Assembly (NCBI GenBank): GCA_000182565.2
Contig: KQ257470.1
Direction: 5' to 3' (one strand)
Origin: Spizellomyces punctatus DAOM BR117
Lineage: Eukaryota
DNA length: 64,000 nucleotides
Part shown: positions 14,801 through 34,207 of the stretch, one piece after another
Position numbering within the stretch: position 1 is the first letter of the stretch
Layout: every line of letters begins with the position of its first letter
Position numbers and translations under genes: made by a program
Notes under the pieces: model-generated
What the model saw: only the letters and a program-made list of their open reading frames with translations
Databases searched by the model: none
What the model was told of the DNA's origin: nothing

Positions 14801-17800
14801 GATCGTCCACGGTATAGTCGTTCCCGCAAGCCGCGCACCGCATCTTCCAGCAAAGGCTCACACTCAGTCAAGGATGCCAAAAATGCTTGTACGCCGGCAT
14901 TCCATTTTGAAAGGGTAGCCTCCCGTTGCTGCACACCCGCTTGAAGTTTGGCTGAGCTCGCTTCCACGCGACCTCGCATGTGTATTGTCAGGTTTTCCAA
15001 GAGCTGCTGATCCCGCGCATCCATCGGGCTCTTGTCTCCGGTTTCGTTATAGGCAAACGTCTCCCAGTCAAGTTCGCTCACAAAGTTCAAAACGGCTTCT
15101 GCTTGTTGTTTCCAGGACAGAGAGTCACTTTGGTACGCTCTGATGACTTCTTCTACAAAACCTCCCAAGTTGTCCAGTCCAACTTCCGGACCGTCGACAC
15201 CTCCAACAGAACCCATTCCAATCCCCACTTTGTCTTCAGTGATTTTCTTGGTGGTTTCCTCAATTCCCCGGAGAACCTCCTTTCCGCACCGCCGCGCCCA
15301 GGTGAACACTTTCCGTTGCCACTCAAGTCTTCTTCTCACCTGCCGTAACTTATCTCTCAACGCTGTCCAAGCAAGATCAACATCTTCCTGCTTCCTACGA
15401 ACCGTCTCGGCCGCCCCAGTGTCATTCACACATCCTTCAATAACTGTGCGTGAATACCCCTGCAAATGCTCGTAGGCCCTGGCATATCGCTCCAAAGCAG
15501 CCTCTGCAGAGGCTATCCCAGTTTGCCTATCCACTGCACGAGCCGCGGCATGTTCAATGCAGTCATCGAGTGTATCACCACTTATGGCCGCGGTGACCTG
15601 AACAGCCTCGGCGGTTGCATCCCTCTCAACGGCTTCCAAATTCTCCACTCGGGCGCGAACCCATGAATACACTTCCTCAGCCTGGCGTAGGTAGGCCTCA
15701 ACGGCGTCCCGAGTCCGCTTCGAACCAACCAGTAATCCGCGAACCCGCTGCACATCGTCCAACAGTCCTTCGAATCGTCGTGTGCAGGCTTGCACCACCA
15801 CAGCATGGTCCTTGGCAATACTCGACGCACCGGGGTGCGCATTTAATTCATCAAGTAACACAGCCAGGTCAGTATTCAAGGACGTTCGTTCCAGGTCCGA
15901 GAGTCGCCGCTCCAAGTCTTGACTCAACTTCCCCCCAGAGTCATCCACTGCCCCGGTGGTGAGCGCCGGTAGCTGCTGAGTCTCAAAATCCTTGATCAGT
16001 GCAGCACAGGTTGTAGCTTGCTCTGCAAATCGGGTAGCAATACGCACGAAAGATGAACCCTCACGGACAGCTCGTGGCAAAGCATCGGCTTTCGATCTAA
16101 TTTCAATGTACCGTGCTTGTAAACTTTCCGGCCGGGGTATAGACGAAACTCCCAATAGTGGCATTGATGATCGACGATCAGCTTCCGGCCCTCCTCTCCT
16201 CCCTTCCCACTCCCTGAGACCACGAATCACAATCTCAGTGGCAGTTTCAAAATCCGTCAGTTTGGGAGTTAGATGCTGTAGGTCGGTGACAAGGTTCGAA
16301 TACTTTGCTTCAACCGCTTCAATGACCTTGCTGGCATGCCCCGCAAGGTCGATGCCGTCAACCTCAACCTCTGGCGTACTCCTGATACGTGAATCCAAGT
16401 CCTTGTTCAACGTGACAATCTCCGCAGCAACATCATTCTCCCAGTTTTCCACAATGGCGCGTATCGTTTCCCGACCTGCCTCTTCAGTCTGCTCCCTGAC
16501 TGCCTTGGCCTGCCCTCGAAGCTCTTCAACAAACGCTTTGACCTTTAAATCGCTCGTCTCGTCTACAGACTTGTCCATCTCCTCCAGGGTTGGAACGAGA
16601 CTCCCAGCACGTTCAGCAAGGACCCGAATGTTTGCTATAATATCCAAAGCAGCCTCATCTTGTGCCGCGGCGACCGCAACTTCACTTACTGCTGCATGAA
16701 TTTCCTTACATGCATCATTGACCTTTTTTCCGGGAATGCGAACCTGCTTCAGTATCTTTATCCCTGCTTCAATTTGCTCAGTGCTAATCTGAGTTGCATC
16801 AGCAATTGACGCCAAGACGCGCTCAACTTCATCCATCTTTTTCTGTACTGCGATCGGTACAAAGTGACACTCTGGGTCACCGCGAACCAGTTCCACACAC
16901 TGATTGCCCACTTGTCGCAAGCTGCCAACCAGCCGCTTTGTCTCGTCTTCCTCCTTTGCTATATCCCGGAGTAGGCTTGCATAATGGTCCTGACTGACTT
17001 CAGGGTCTAACCCATGGGGCACTTGCCGATCTTTTTCAATCTTGAGGTGCCGCTCAAGCAAAGATAGCAATGTCGCAGCTTCCCTCGTAAACTTCCCAAT
17101 GGTGCGCTCAAGGGAAAGACGAGCCTTGAGGACAGGGGCACGTTCCAATAATGCAGAATGCTTTGTTTGAAGTCGCTCGATGACATTCTTAACAAAATCA
17201 TTCCGGCCCGTGAACAACTCATCCCTTGCCCAGGCTAACTCTTTCGGTGGAGTTCGAGTCCACTCGGACGAAAAGGGTGTTTCAGCAACGGTGGAAACCA
17301 AAGGCGTCAATTCCTCGACCAAGTGCTGCTCAATCGATGTTGCCGTTGTCTCATGCAACGTTAATGCCTCCTCCTGTCCCATGACTTGACCGTAGCCCGT
17401 ATTATAAATTACCGTCCGCATAGCAGCCATCACGCGATTTTGATCAAACTCTATAGAATCGATACTGGATTCCGCTTCGGAAGCATTACCAAGCCACGTC
17501 CTCTCTGCCGTCAGGAACTGTTGCAGCCAGGTGTAAGCTTCCAGCATGATTTTTTCACGAGTTTGAAGCTCCGGCATGGTAGATGACCGCCGAACTAATG
17601 CTTGCTCAAAGGACTGCCGCAACTGTGCAAACCGAGTCTGGATTCGAGAATGAAAATTCGGCTCACTTGCTAAAGCCTGCAGTAAAGATTCCGTACGCGC
17701 CACAAAAGGAGACCAGCGCGTCTCTTCAAAGACGGCCGCGTCTGCTTCAATAGCCCGTACTCGGCCTACAATGTCCTTTACAAATTTGCCGACCTCCTCC

Positions 17801-20800
17801 TTAGATTTGTGGATGGCGGCACTGCTGGTATCAGCTATGCCCAATATCACATCCCATCGACTCGCTTCCTTCATTCCAGTGATCATGTTCCGCCGAGTCA
17901 TTAGACAGTTTTCCAAACTCGATTTGATTGCAGCATCGACAAAATCAATAGAATTGGACTCGCCCCCTAATGCTTTCACGACTCTCTCCACCTCATCGGC
18001 AACTTGTCCCCATTGAGTAACGAGAGCCTCGCGTTTCTCAGCAACGGCACCACGAGCGCGTTCCAGGATTTCCGTCTTGAACAGAGACATGGCTTCTAAA
18101 AGCGCTTTAGCAGAACTCCGCAAATGCTGATGCGGAATGGCGACAAACGGAGCCGAGACATTTAGCAACCCCGTTGATGCGGATGCTACAACTGTCTCCC
18201 AGATATTATCCAATGCAGCCAAGGACATCCCCACATTAGCACCGCCCTCCACACATTCTCGGACAGTGGCCATACGCTCCTCCCACCATTTTTCCGCAGT
18301 AGCAATCCAATTGTCATCCTGATGAGCATTCGCCATTCGGTCATTCCCTTCATTGGTCCACTGAGCTAATTCCTCCCTCCACCGCTTAATGGCTTCGTCT
18401 ACCCGCCGAACCTGTACACAATATGCCTTTGTAACCGAAACAGCGGAAGTTCGCAATTGAGCCTCCCGTCCTTCCTCCTCATTACGCCGTAGACAGGCAC
18501 TCTCCACTTGTTCGGCTACTTGCGCACGACGGGTGGAAAGCAAGGGTGCCATTTCTTGTGCGATGAAAACAAGGATATCATTGTTCCCCGTGTCCACAAG
18601 TTTTTGAATTTTCGCAGAGAGAAAAGATGGTACCGAAGTAAATTTAATTGAAGTCTTGAGAGAAGCTGACGTAGCTGGCGATGACGAATTCATAATGTCC
18701 TTTTCCAGCACCAAAATGAGTTCTGTGGTCCTGGTTCTCAACAGTTGCATACGAAGCGCAAAAGTCGATTCAACCTTCTCAAGTAATTCCTGCAAGACCT
18801 GCATCGACTGCTCGTATTCTTGCACATAATCCCGACTCGGTGGCTCCCACTGTACAAGGCCACCTCCCAGTCGCTCAAACACCACATCTTTCATCGCCTT
18901 GACTCGCTGCGCGGCCCTCCTCGCATCCTCGAAATCAATCAATTTATCCTCATTCTTTTGAGCCGCATGCAAATCTTTCCCCATGGCTTTGATATCCCTA
19001 ACAAAACGCTGGGCCTCCTCGCGCAGCCCACCTCGCCAATCCAACCCGACCAGCTCTGCTTCAATTTGTTGCACCTTTGCGCTGCGCTCCGCAAGCAATT
19101 CCAAATAGGATTTCATCGAAGATACAAAGGTCGGAAATGTCTCTTTGGCAAACACTTGAAGCCGGCTCTTCAAGTATCGGTGCCGCTCCTCTACTTTCCT
19201 TGTGTCGGGTGCCGCTCCTTCGTTTCCTGATATTAAATCTTGTTCAGCGCGCTTGACATCGTCGTAAAGTCGGAGGAGATGGGGCATCAGAGCAGCTCCA
19301 TATATTTCATCAAGATGCACAGAATCCTGTTCGGCTACACTGGTAAAGGCGTTTGCCAACTCTCGCTCAATTAGAGAGACTTGCGTTTCAATAGTGCGTT
19401 TCAAATTGTCGACATTGGTACCCGGATCTGCCCATGCGTTTAAAATGGGACGTATCCAGCTTTCTTCTGAGACCGCTACATTTGAAATATCCGCACCGCT
19501 CGCGAGTACTTCGCTCAATCGAAGAAGATCTTGTGTTTGCTTGGCGAGCCATGATCCGAGACGGTTAGCATGGTTCACGTACATTGCAATGAGCCTTTCG
19601 CATCTTGCTGTAGGTGACGCATCGTTGCGTTCCCCCTCCGAAACCATGACCCGGAACGCGGTGGGGGCCGGAAATGGCCGATCACGCAATACCCAATAGA
19701 TTTCCGATACCTTTTAAACCTCATCAGTTAGCAATTCCAATATGTTATATACTGCATTGAACGATCTCTCACATAGGTCATGATCACCATCTCATCGGGC
19801 CGATCTACATTCGCAATATCCTCCACATCCAATAATTGCGGGATACCCATACGTTCTTCCGCAAGAGCAAAAGCTTTCGACAAAGAGACGCGCCAATCAG
19901 CTGGGTTCGTGCTATACAAATAACTTGTCATAGACAGCCTGGCGCGCATGACAGGACTCGAAGGAGGTGATGCCAGTCCAGAACTGGTGGAATTGCGTGG
20001 AGATAGAGTAAATGGAGGATCGCGGGGACCTGAAGGTTTTGGTGATGAAGGGCCGAACGGGTCCAAAGAACCAAGTGAAAACTCGCTACTCAGAGAATAG
20101 CGGAGGCTAGATTTTCCAGGTATATCAGGGGAGGAAGGTGCAGACGATCCTACGCTAGATCGAGATATGACGCTACTGCGAGCGGCTCGGCCGGCAAGGG
20201 CTTTGGATTCCCCGTAACGCCGACATATTTCTGTCAGCTCGGGCAACAGTTCGTGGTTATAGGTATGTACGAGGCACAAAAAGGCCATGCCACTCTGCCA
20301 TGCTTCTGAAAAGTTGGTAATACGGGGAATTACGCCAACATCGACATACGGTGCCAAAATCTGTTGACACCAATTCAAGAGGGCGGCTTTTCCACCTGCG
20401 GCAGACAATGCGGCCGGTCGATTTGACGTCAGTGATGGCGTATCTTGTGAAATGGGTGAATTTGGATCTAGGTTTGGTGACTATATAAAAGCAAGTTACT
20501 CTACGGGTTCTCGGCAAACAACAAATACTATGACCAAAAAATGATACCTCGAGTCTCATTCCCGGGTCCGACACTGATGCCACCGACTGAACCGACACTC
20601 GCTTGTCCTTCATGGCAATGGCCTCAATCCGAAATCTCAAAATCAAAACCCATACTAATCCCATTGTCAATTTCAAATTCCCATCGACAATATCCTCACT
20701 CCCAATATTCGATAAGGGTTCTCGAAGTTTTGTTTGCAGAAATTTCAAGCATTTGTCTACATTGACGATACTGTAGATTCGCGTCAGAGCTCCAGCGTTG

Positions 20801-21295
20801 CCTGACGATGCCACGCGGCTGACAGCACGTTCCGGTTTTGGTAGTTTCTCGTCGCTGAGTGTTTCAATGAGGTGTGCGAGGCGGATACCGTCGCGAAGGT
20901 CCTGTCCAAGATCGCGAATGACGAATTCGTCGCCCAAAGTATCTACATTTTTGTTTCGAGCTTTTGCAAGCTGGACATTGCACCTGAAAGAAACAACATT
21001 CATATTTAAGCATAAACCTTTTTATCAACACACCTTGTTTCAACAACATTTGCATAGCTCACCACTTTGTAAACGTCTTTTTTTGAACCAACAAATAGTC
21101 CGTCCTCAAACTATCTACCTTGGTATCAGCCTCCTCAACCGCAGCAACAGATCCCCTCCGTGAACCACCCAAACTCTCCTTTGACCCCCTTCGCGATAAA
21201 CTCCCGAAATCGCTGTTCCCGTCGCTACCCGAAATGGACTTGTTGTTGTCGTCCCGAGAGGAACGACGAGAAGCTATACGTTTTATCCACGACAT
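11900..21295 (-). CDS. Spectraplakin-like cytolinker: tandem CH actin-binding domains, long helical rod, C-terminal GAR (GAS2) microtubule-binding domain
   Basis: CH1: VQKKTFTKW|CN...DLRDGIRL...IGSEDIVDGNLKLTMGLVWVLILRF. CH2: ALLNWCQ...NFSEAWQSGMAFLCLVH...AFALAEERMGIPQLLDVED...DEMVIMTYV. A ~7.5-kb exon encodes the helical rod. GAR: GRYWFGE...VMVRIGGGWQ|ELNIFL, with the last exon at 11900-12131. Confidence 0.85.
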
Positions 21296-22629
21296 GGAGT
21301 GACAGGGAAACTAGAATGTCTTGCTGTAGGATGAGATTAGCATATGCGATATGGAATCAACAAAGTTTACTGTGATGCGCATTTGTGTCCTACCGTAATA
21401 ACTCAAAACATGATGTCCATGATTGTCATCATTTTTAAGAAAAAAGTGGTCGCTACGAAACCTCTTGATGTCTATGACGTTATCCACCGAATAAACAATA
21501 TAAAAAAAACTTGAACGTCACGATCTACAAATAAAAATCCTGGATTGGATGATGAGGCAGGAATTCGGAAAGTGCAATTAACCTCTTGGTTGTGTAAAGC
21601 CACGCTTTCCAATACACAGGATTTGATAACGTAAGCGCGATCCTGCTCCGTATTGAAAACACTAAAGTATAGGCAGGAATGAACGGAATTTTATCACATG
21701 CAATATTGAGGGATGCGTAAGGATTGAGGGTCGACTAAATGCAAAGGTTCCGTGGTATTCAGTGGACAATGTTCGGGATCCTTAGAGGGATATTGCGAAG
21801 ACATCAGTGGTAATATAAACGATCAAATAACATTTGCAAGATGGTGCACTTGTTGTTAAAAGCACATTCATGTACTCTAAAGCCTAGAGGACATCAACTC
21901 CAAAGGTCTAGTATACACAATATCTGAACATACGGCACACATCTCGCATTGTTTTGTAAATCTCACATAGATTAACAATTGCTTTGAAATCATTAAACAA
22001 TAAAAGTTCCCATTTCTGAGACATTATTCCAAAAGCCATAAACTGTTTGTCCCAGATTTTATAACTCGCCTCTAGAGGGAAGGAAACGCGCATCCCATCA
22101 AACCCCAATTTCCAACACGATCCAAGGCGTCCAGCTAGTCAATCACTACCAGAACCCAACCAAAACACTCAAACCAATAGAGAAAAAACGTAAGGACATG
22201 ACACACACAACTGCGAGTTTGGTATTGGTATATTTTCTATTAGTCTTGTCAAATCGTTTAAATCTCGTGATGGATTTTCTTTTTTTTTTTTTCTTTCGGT
22301 TTGTGCTAAGACTAAAAATACTATCCAATCTTGACACTAAAATCGCTAATACTGTATAACGGTCAACCGACCATTTTGGTACAAGAAAACGTTTCCAGGC
22401 GGTGAGGAAAGGACACCAGGAATATACAGCCTCTCTTCGCATCCCCCACTTCTGAATTCAACACACATGCAAAAAGTCCTTACCCATTTCGCTATCGTAT
22501 CTACACATGCCCCCGCTCAGATTTGCAATCAATAAATAGAAAAGACCGAGTTCTCGTGTCTTTCTGTTCTTTAAAGTCTATCTACGGTTGAGTTTTTGCG
22601 CCTTTTTCGTGTGTTTTGCGTGGAATATG

Positions 22630-25176
22630 CTATCGCTCCCTCTCTCTTTGGATTGCCTGGTCGCCAGCGAGGCCCTCTATGACACGAACCAGATATCCTC
22701 CCATATACCATCTCTCTCCAAAAACTGACATCCACCAAATATGGATATCCAGTTCTGCGCGAAGTTCAGCAGTGTCCTCGCGGTTGTACTCGTCCGACAA
22801 CGCCAAGGCAAGCGCCACGGCAGAATAAAATGTAAAGTAACATATAATAAGAGTAATGTATTTAGCACTTGGGTCGAGGTTTTTGACTTTGTGGATGAGC
22901 TGGGATATTCGGCGTGTATGGTGACGAGTCGTTGCGTTGACGTGTGCTAGGGAAGGGTGGGTAGAACGCACTCCATTTCGACGGGCTTTGAGAAGGGTGG
23001 GGAGGTGGAGAGCAACGTAGCAGGCATGATACATGATATGCAGTGATAATAGTTGCCATGGCGGCGGGTGGCGGCTGATGGTAGATGGGACGAATGTGGT
23101 ATGGTGGTCGATGGATCGGGCCCACGGTGGAAGGTAGGTAAGCCACGTATGCAGCTCTTGTTCGATTTGGTCGATGAGCTCTTGATGTTCAGGGGATAAC
23201 AGAGGCTGTGCAGTTTGTGCATGGGATTGGCTCGTCCCTGGGGTCGTATCCATGAGCTCCCTGCGCCCTGGAGTTCTCGGATTACTGGAGACATTTTGTA
23301 CAATCTCGGACACTCCGATACCCAGTATTTGAATCCTAGCATACAACCTCGTCAACCTTCCTGATGCATCCCCACAATGCAGGTCTTGTACGGGGTCAAA
23401 GGCGCCAATAGCCGGTAATCCTTCTTCTGTGTGGACCGACTCCCACATGTGATCCGGCGCGGGAACCCGTACTCGACGCGTATAATCATGAATAAAGGGC
23501 GTCCGATCTAAAATTGGTTGATCCCTCTCGGCAATGATTCTCGCTCGATCTTCTGGGCTGCAATCCGTCACGTCCAGCGCGCATAATGTGAACCACATGC
23601 GTCGGCGCGCTTCCTTGACAAGCCACGGAAGCGGACCGTGCACTTCTTCTACATCCGGATCGATATACATGTTCAGCACGACGGCCATTCGTATGGACAT
23701 TGCATAGAAAGCGGATGCACTTGCTGCCAACAGAAAACAGAAAAGCGCATCATTAGATGAGAATTCATGTACGAACATCGTACCGTTGCACTCTGCCATG
23801 GACCGCCAAAAGAAGTGCAAACGATAACTTACGTTCTCCCATTCCTGGTGAATAGACAGAGCACGTCACAATGGAAGCGAGGAAACATACAATCAGTTGA
23901 TGAACAAAGAAAAAAAAAAACAGCAATAAAGGAAAAAAAGGGACATGATGCATACTTGTGGCAGCTATTTCGAAAAAAAGTTGATGTGCGTAAGAATAGA
24001 GAAAAAACAACATTCATACATGACCCAATAAACTACATACCAATTCCAATCAGAGACAGTCCCCAAACGGTCTCAAAAGTGGGGTTTTCGAGCAGCTCAG
24101 CAATCAATCCTCTTGCTCGATAATAATACGGTTCGCCTGCTCTATACAGTGGCAATTGTCTCTCCCTGATATATTCCTTGACGGCCGGATGCTCAGAGTA
24201 CGGTGCCGATTGCGCCGCGATGGAATAGATGAGAAACGGGGAATGTTCCGAGAGAGGTTTGGCCATAAAAGTACGACGATGTGCGGGTGGATGAAACCAT
24301 CGGACAGCAACGTAATCAAAGTAGATGCGAAGCATATCCTCTAGTACATCTTGCGCAAAAACAGCAGCAGACGGTGGTGGAGGACGTGCACTGGGCGATT
24401 GAGAAGGATGGTGGCGTGTGCCCGGTGATACCCGCGAAGGGTCGTTATGAGCAGGTGTAGGTGTAGTGCGTCCATCGGAGGGGGATCTGTAATTGTGGGA
24501 CCCAACTGGTGTGGACCGGTCCGAGTCGCTACTGCCAACTGAAGGTCTACGGCCGGTCGCAATGAGTTGTTCCACTTCTCGCAGTCGCTCTTCCAACATG
24601 CGTACATCTGCAAAGAAAAGAAAAAAAAAAAAAGAGTTGAACAAGAGAGCAACAAATGACATGTATGCAGCAACACCAAATATCCCTTACATGCGTCTAC
24701 CGTCGTTGATCGTCGCCCGCGACGCGCGGCACCGAGCCCTCGTTCTCTAGCGGTATATGAGCAGGTGAAGCGGCCCCGAATGCATGTTGCGCACGCCGGT
24801 CGACCAGAATCGCACTTGCTCTTTAGTCTGTAACCTGTTGTTAATGGGAAAGAATATGGGGAAAAGCAAAAAAATAAAATCGTATGGAAAAACAGCCCCA
24901 GATCAGAATCTTTATGATGATTTTACAACGCGTCCCCCAGTCCGCAGTTTGGACAAACTTACATCTATCACAGGCCCAAACCGTCCTTGTCTGTCCTTGG
25001 GAACGAACTCTTCGTGCGGTTTCAAACTGCCTTGAAATTCCCCGCGGTACAGAAGAGTATGTGACTGCGTCGGATGGATACGAACCCGACGGGGTTGACG
25101 GAGAACCTAAACCCGAAGGTTTTGACGGCGATGCAGTCTGGGAAGAATCCGACGGCGAACTCTCACGAGAAGTCAT
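22630..25176 (-). CDS. Zn(II)2Cys6 transcription factor with fungal-specific TF middle domain
   Basis: Spliced ACDRC..LKSKCDSGRPACATCIRGRFTCSY, then coiled coil LEERLREVEQL, then SIRMAVVLNMYIDP...KEARRRMWFTLCALD. Confidence 0.9.
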
Positions 25177-28100
25177 ATCGTGAGTGGAGAATATCGCACA
25201 ACGAATCGAAACGACGTTGCCCTGATATCTCCCGTTGTGCTGTTTTTGACTCTTGCTCTGATGTCACAATTTTTTTTTTAAAAATTGGATCTAGGTAAAC
25301 AGCTGTTTTTGTCCCTGGGGAGCGGATGACTGTCTCAGCACATTGCGGTGCTGGCCACCAAGCCGTACGCCAACGAGATACGATGTTTATAGCGTTTGGA
25401 TCGCCAGATCTGTCCTCTTGTGTGTGTTTTTGTATCGGATCTAGTGTGTGGGTTGGGGGGGGATCGCAGGGGAGAGGCAGAGCCTGTGGCGTTTTGACTC
25501 GTATCGACCAGAGCGGATGATTTCCAACAAATGCACGATGGCGAGGATATAAATTAATGCCTTGTGAGCCTTCGTTTACCAATGGTGATGTGTGTTTGTG
25601 TCGCGGGGAGTAGGTGCTAGCGTATACTTTCTAATGTTGTCGTATTTTCACAGTGTGTTCTTTATATACATGCGACTGCAGTTGAGACACGTTCGCGTTG
25701 GGGTTTCGCGTCCGCTTTTTGGGCTTTCTTGGAATTCAACCCTTTTTATTCTCTTTTGCAGTTCTGCAGTTTTTCTTGGGAGGAAGGCCGAGGGAGACAA
25801 AAGGAAGCGGGTTCCGAGTAGACAACCAAAGAAAAGAAGAAAATCCAATGGACACAGCGAACGGTCCACAGGAGGTAGAAAAATGGCTTTCGAGTAGGAG
25901 CGGCCGGGGGAAGGAAGGGAGGAGGAGGGGGGAATGAAAGATGGGGGAAATGTTTAAATGGGTTGTGTAATAAGGACAAGGTAAGCCGGCCGGCCAGCCG
26001 ACGATCGAAAAAGAAATCAAATTCAAAAAATTAAAAAAAAAGGGGACACACCACACCCAAACAAAAAAAAAAAAACGACGACAATCGGAATCTGCCAGAT
26101 TGTTCAATAACCCTTTTGTTCCTTGTCTTGGTTTCCCTCGGATGAGTTTTGTTTTTTGTTTTAGAAAAAGGGCCGTGATGTCAAAACTACCACGGATGCA
26201 AGTGGTCTGTTTTTGAGGATAGAAAACTAACGAAAGCAAACAGGTCTAGTTTGGGATGCGATTCAAAGCAAGTGTTCCTTGTCGACACTCCCTAATGTGT
26301 TTGGGGAAATCCTCCCCCCCCCCCCCCCCCCCCCTTCTGCGGTCCTTTTTTGTGCTTGTTGCAAGCCCGCCGTCTCCCGTCATCTGTTTTCCTTCCGCCA
26401 GTGTGTGCCCAAAAGTCCACCAAAAAAAGGACTGCAAAACAAAACAAAACAAGAGAAAAACCGCGGATTCCATAATAAATAATGGCCAATCTGCATGTGG
26501 GCAAGTCTTGAACAATGCCCATTATGTCCCAATCGTGGATTCCTTTTGTTGGATGTTGACTCCAACTGCAAGAGGCTTAGTATGCATTGAAAACTCTTTT
26601 AAAGAATGCTTACCGTGATTTCATGTATGTATTGGATATGCAATGTGTTTTGGTATGTGTGTGTGTATGTGTGCATTTTGTTCATGTAATGTTGCATGAT
26701 AAGTGCTGTATGGCTTCCCATGCAAATTCATGCAACACTGTCCTGCTCATTCTGCAACCTCGCTTGCTTCTACTGTATTTTGCTCCCCTTTGCAAGCAGC
26801 AGGATGGTAGAGAGTGTGTGGTGCTAGTAGCAAAACAATTATCCCTTTGTAATGTCACACGTCGGCACACATTTAAACCCTTTGTTAACAAGACCTATTT
26901 TTTTTTTCTTCTTTTGCCATGTCACGCTTATATCCCTTAACAAACTTTAACCAGCCATATTCGATTGGAGGGGGGGATCGGGGCGAAATCGAGTATTGCC
27001 TCCCCAATCGTAAAAGTTCGTGTCCGATTCTGTGGTGTTTTTCACGGTGTAAGTTGACAAGACACTTGTAAACGGGACATGTTGATCCGGACGCAAAGGG
27101 CATATAAAAGTCATTTTCTATTCAACCGGAACCTAAAGCGTACACAGGGCATGTGTGGTATTTGTCCTTTGGGTTGGCTGGGGTGTCCCGAGAAACTGGT
27201 TAGGAAAAAGAAAACCCAGCAGTCAGAGAGAGATAAAAAATAAAACATGGTAAAAATGCGATATTCTCGTGGCGCTCAGCAAAACCCCCCAGCAGTAAGA
27301 GTAGTTTATAAACCCACCACACATACACACAGAGACAAGTGCCAGCTGTGATGACTTTTACGTGCTTGATATATATAATGGGGCAAGCGATACTTTAACT
27401 CCTACTTGAAGCAATTTCCCACAAGAATTGCATTGTTTTTCCTGCCTCGCTTGCCTTTTTGGGTGTGAGTCTCCACTCCCAAATGCTAGTAAAAGTGAAT
27501 TTCGATCCATACGGGCGGGATATTTCCCTTTTATTTTTTAGCTTGTCCAGCTGGCCATGGCTCCCACCGCGGCGGATATGCAGGGGGATATAGACGACAT
27601 TTGCCAAGTGCTTATCAACGGCGGTGCAAGCTGCCACTTTTCCAAGCGGGATCTCTGAAGAAAAAACTTTCCCGCGTCCTCTTTTTCCCCTCTGCCAGAT
27701 GGCTCATTCCCCAATTGGCATAACCATTGTTTATGAACCAAAATAAATATCTGTTGGCATAAAAAAATAAACTTTAGGAAATTAATCCTTGCAAACCTCT
27801 CGCCAGATAACAAAAAGTTACAAAGCAATATGCACCAGGGAGTGACATCCAAAAACTAAAAAAGGAAATATCTTCCACATATCGACCATCATAAAAAATA
27901 GAGAGTGACTACAAAAGTTTCAAGATCTTTCTCAACAATTCTCTCCCTGTGTGTGTCTGTGGGAAAAAAAATAACAGCGAGATCTGCACAGCCAAAATGG
28001 AGAAAGAAAAGGAGGTTCCGGTCTCTCGGCCATTGAGATTTCATTTATCCGCAATTGGTGTCTATGACGTCATCACATGGCAAGTTTCACAGCGAGTTGG

Positions 28101-28841
28101 ATCCCTCTTAACCTTCTTCCCACAGACCACAACCAGCGGCGGGTGGCGGCGGCGGCGGCGGGGGGTTTTTTTTTTACGACGATCGACGGCGACAGCGACA
28201 AAAGTGACGACCATGGCGCAGGAAACATCCACCGTATGACTAGATGTGTTTATCATTTTATTTAATTTCTTGTTTCCAATTGACATCATTGGTACTGGGG
28301 TTGTGTCGGTTATTGTACACATGCTTGTTCGTTGTATTTGCATGTGTATGTCAAACAGGTCTTTTAGTGTGTGAACAAAGATGCAACAAGTACTTGTTGG
28401 GTGACAACGACAACATCAGCTGTCGTGTGAATTGCAAAAAAGGATCTCTTCCATTGAAAACGGGCGCGCCATGTCCATCCAGTCGGACGTGGATCGCATC
28501 ACTACCAGTACGCATCTATTGTTCTGTAGATCGATGGGATTCTATATGCAGTTATTACATTCACTGCACACACCAAAAATACCGACAAAGCAAACTAAAA
28601 CTTACTTTGGGGTCTATCCCCAATATTTACCCCCGATCGACTTTCTGAGCCCGGAGGGTCATGAGCCAATAATCACGTCAGGGTGGAGATTGAACAAGTT
28701 CTAGCTGCGGGCTGCCGGTTGCTTGCTATTTTGGATTTCCGTTGACCTTCTGATGGTGCAAAAAAAGTTCTTTTTGTTTTTATCCAGTTTTCCAGTCGTT
28801 TTTCGGGCTTGTTTTAACGGGCCAGATTATTCCATCATTCC

Positions 28842-34207
<5,366 letters not shown>

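Noticed and set aside
12253-19699. Many plus-strand ORFs opposite the 2509-aa ORF
   Set aside because: Antisense shadows of a long coding exon, with no independent motifs.
25163-28704. Numerous 60-170 aa ORFs in the TF-kinase intergenic region
   Set aside because: Low-complexity translations of homopolymer and microsatellite runs, with no domain or splice logic.
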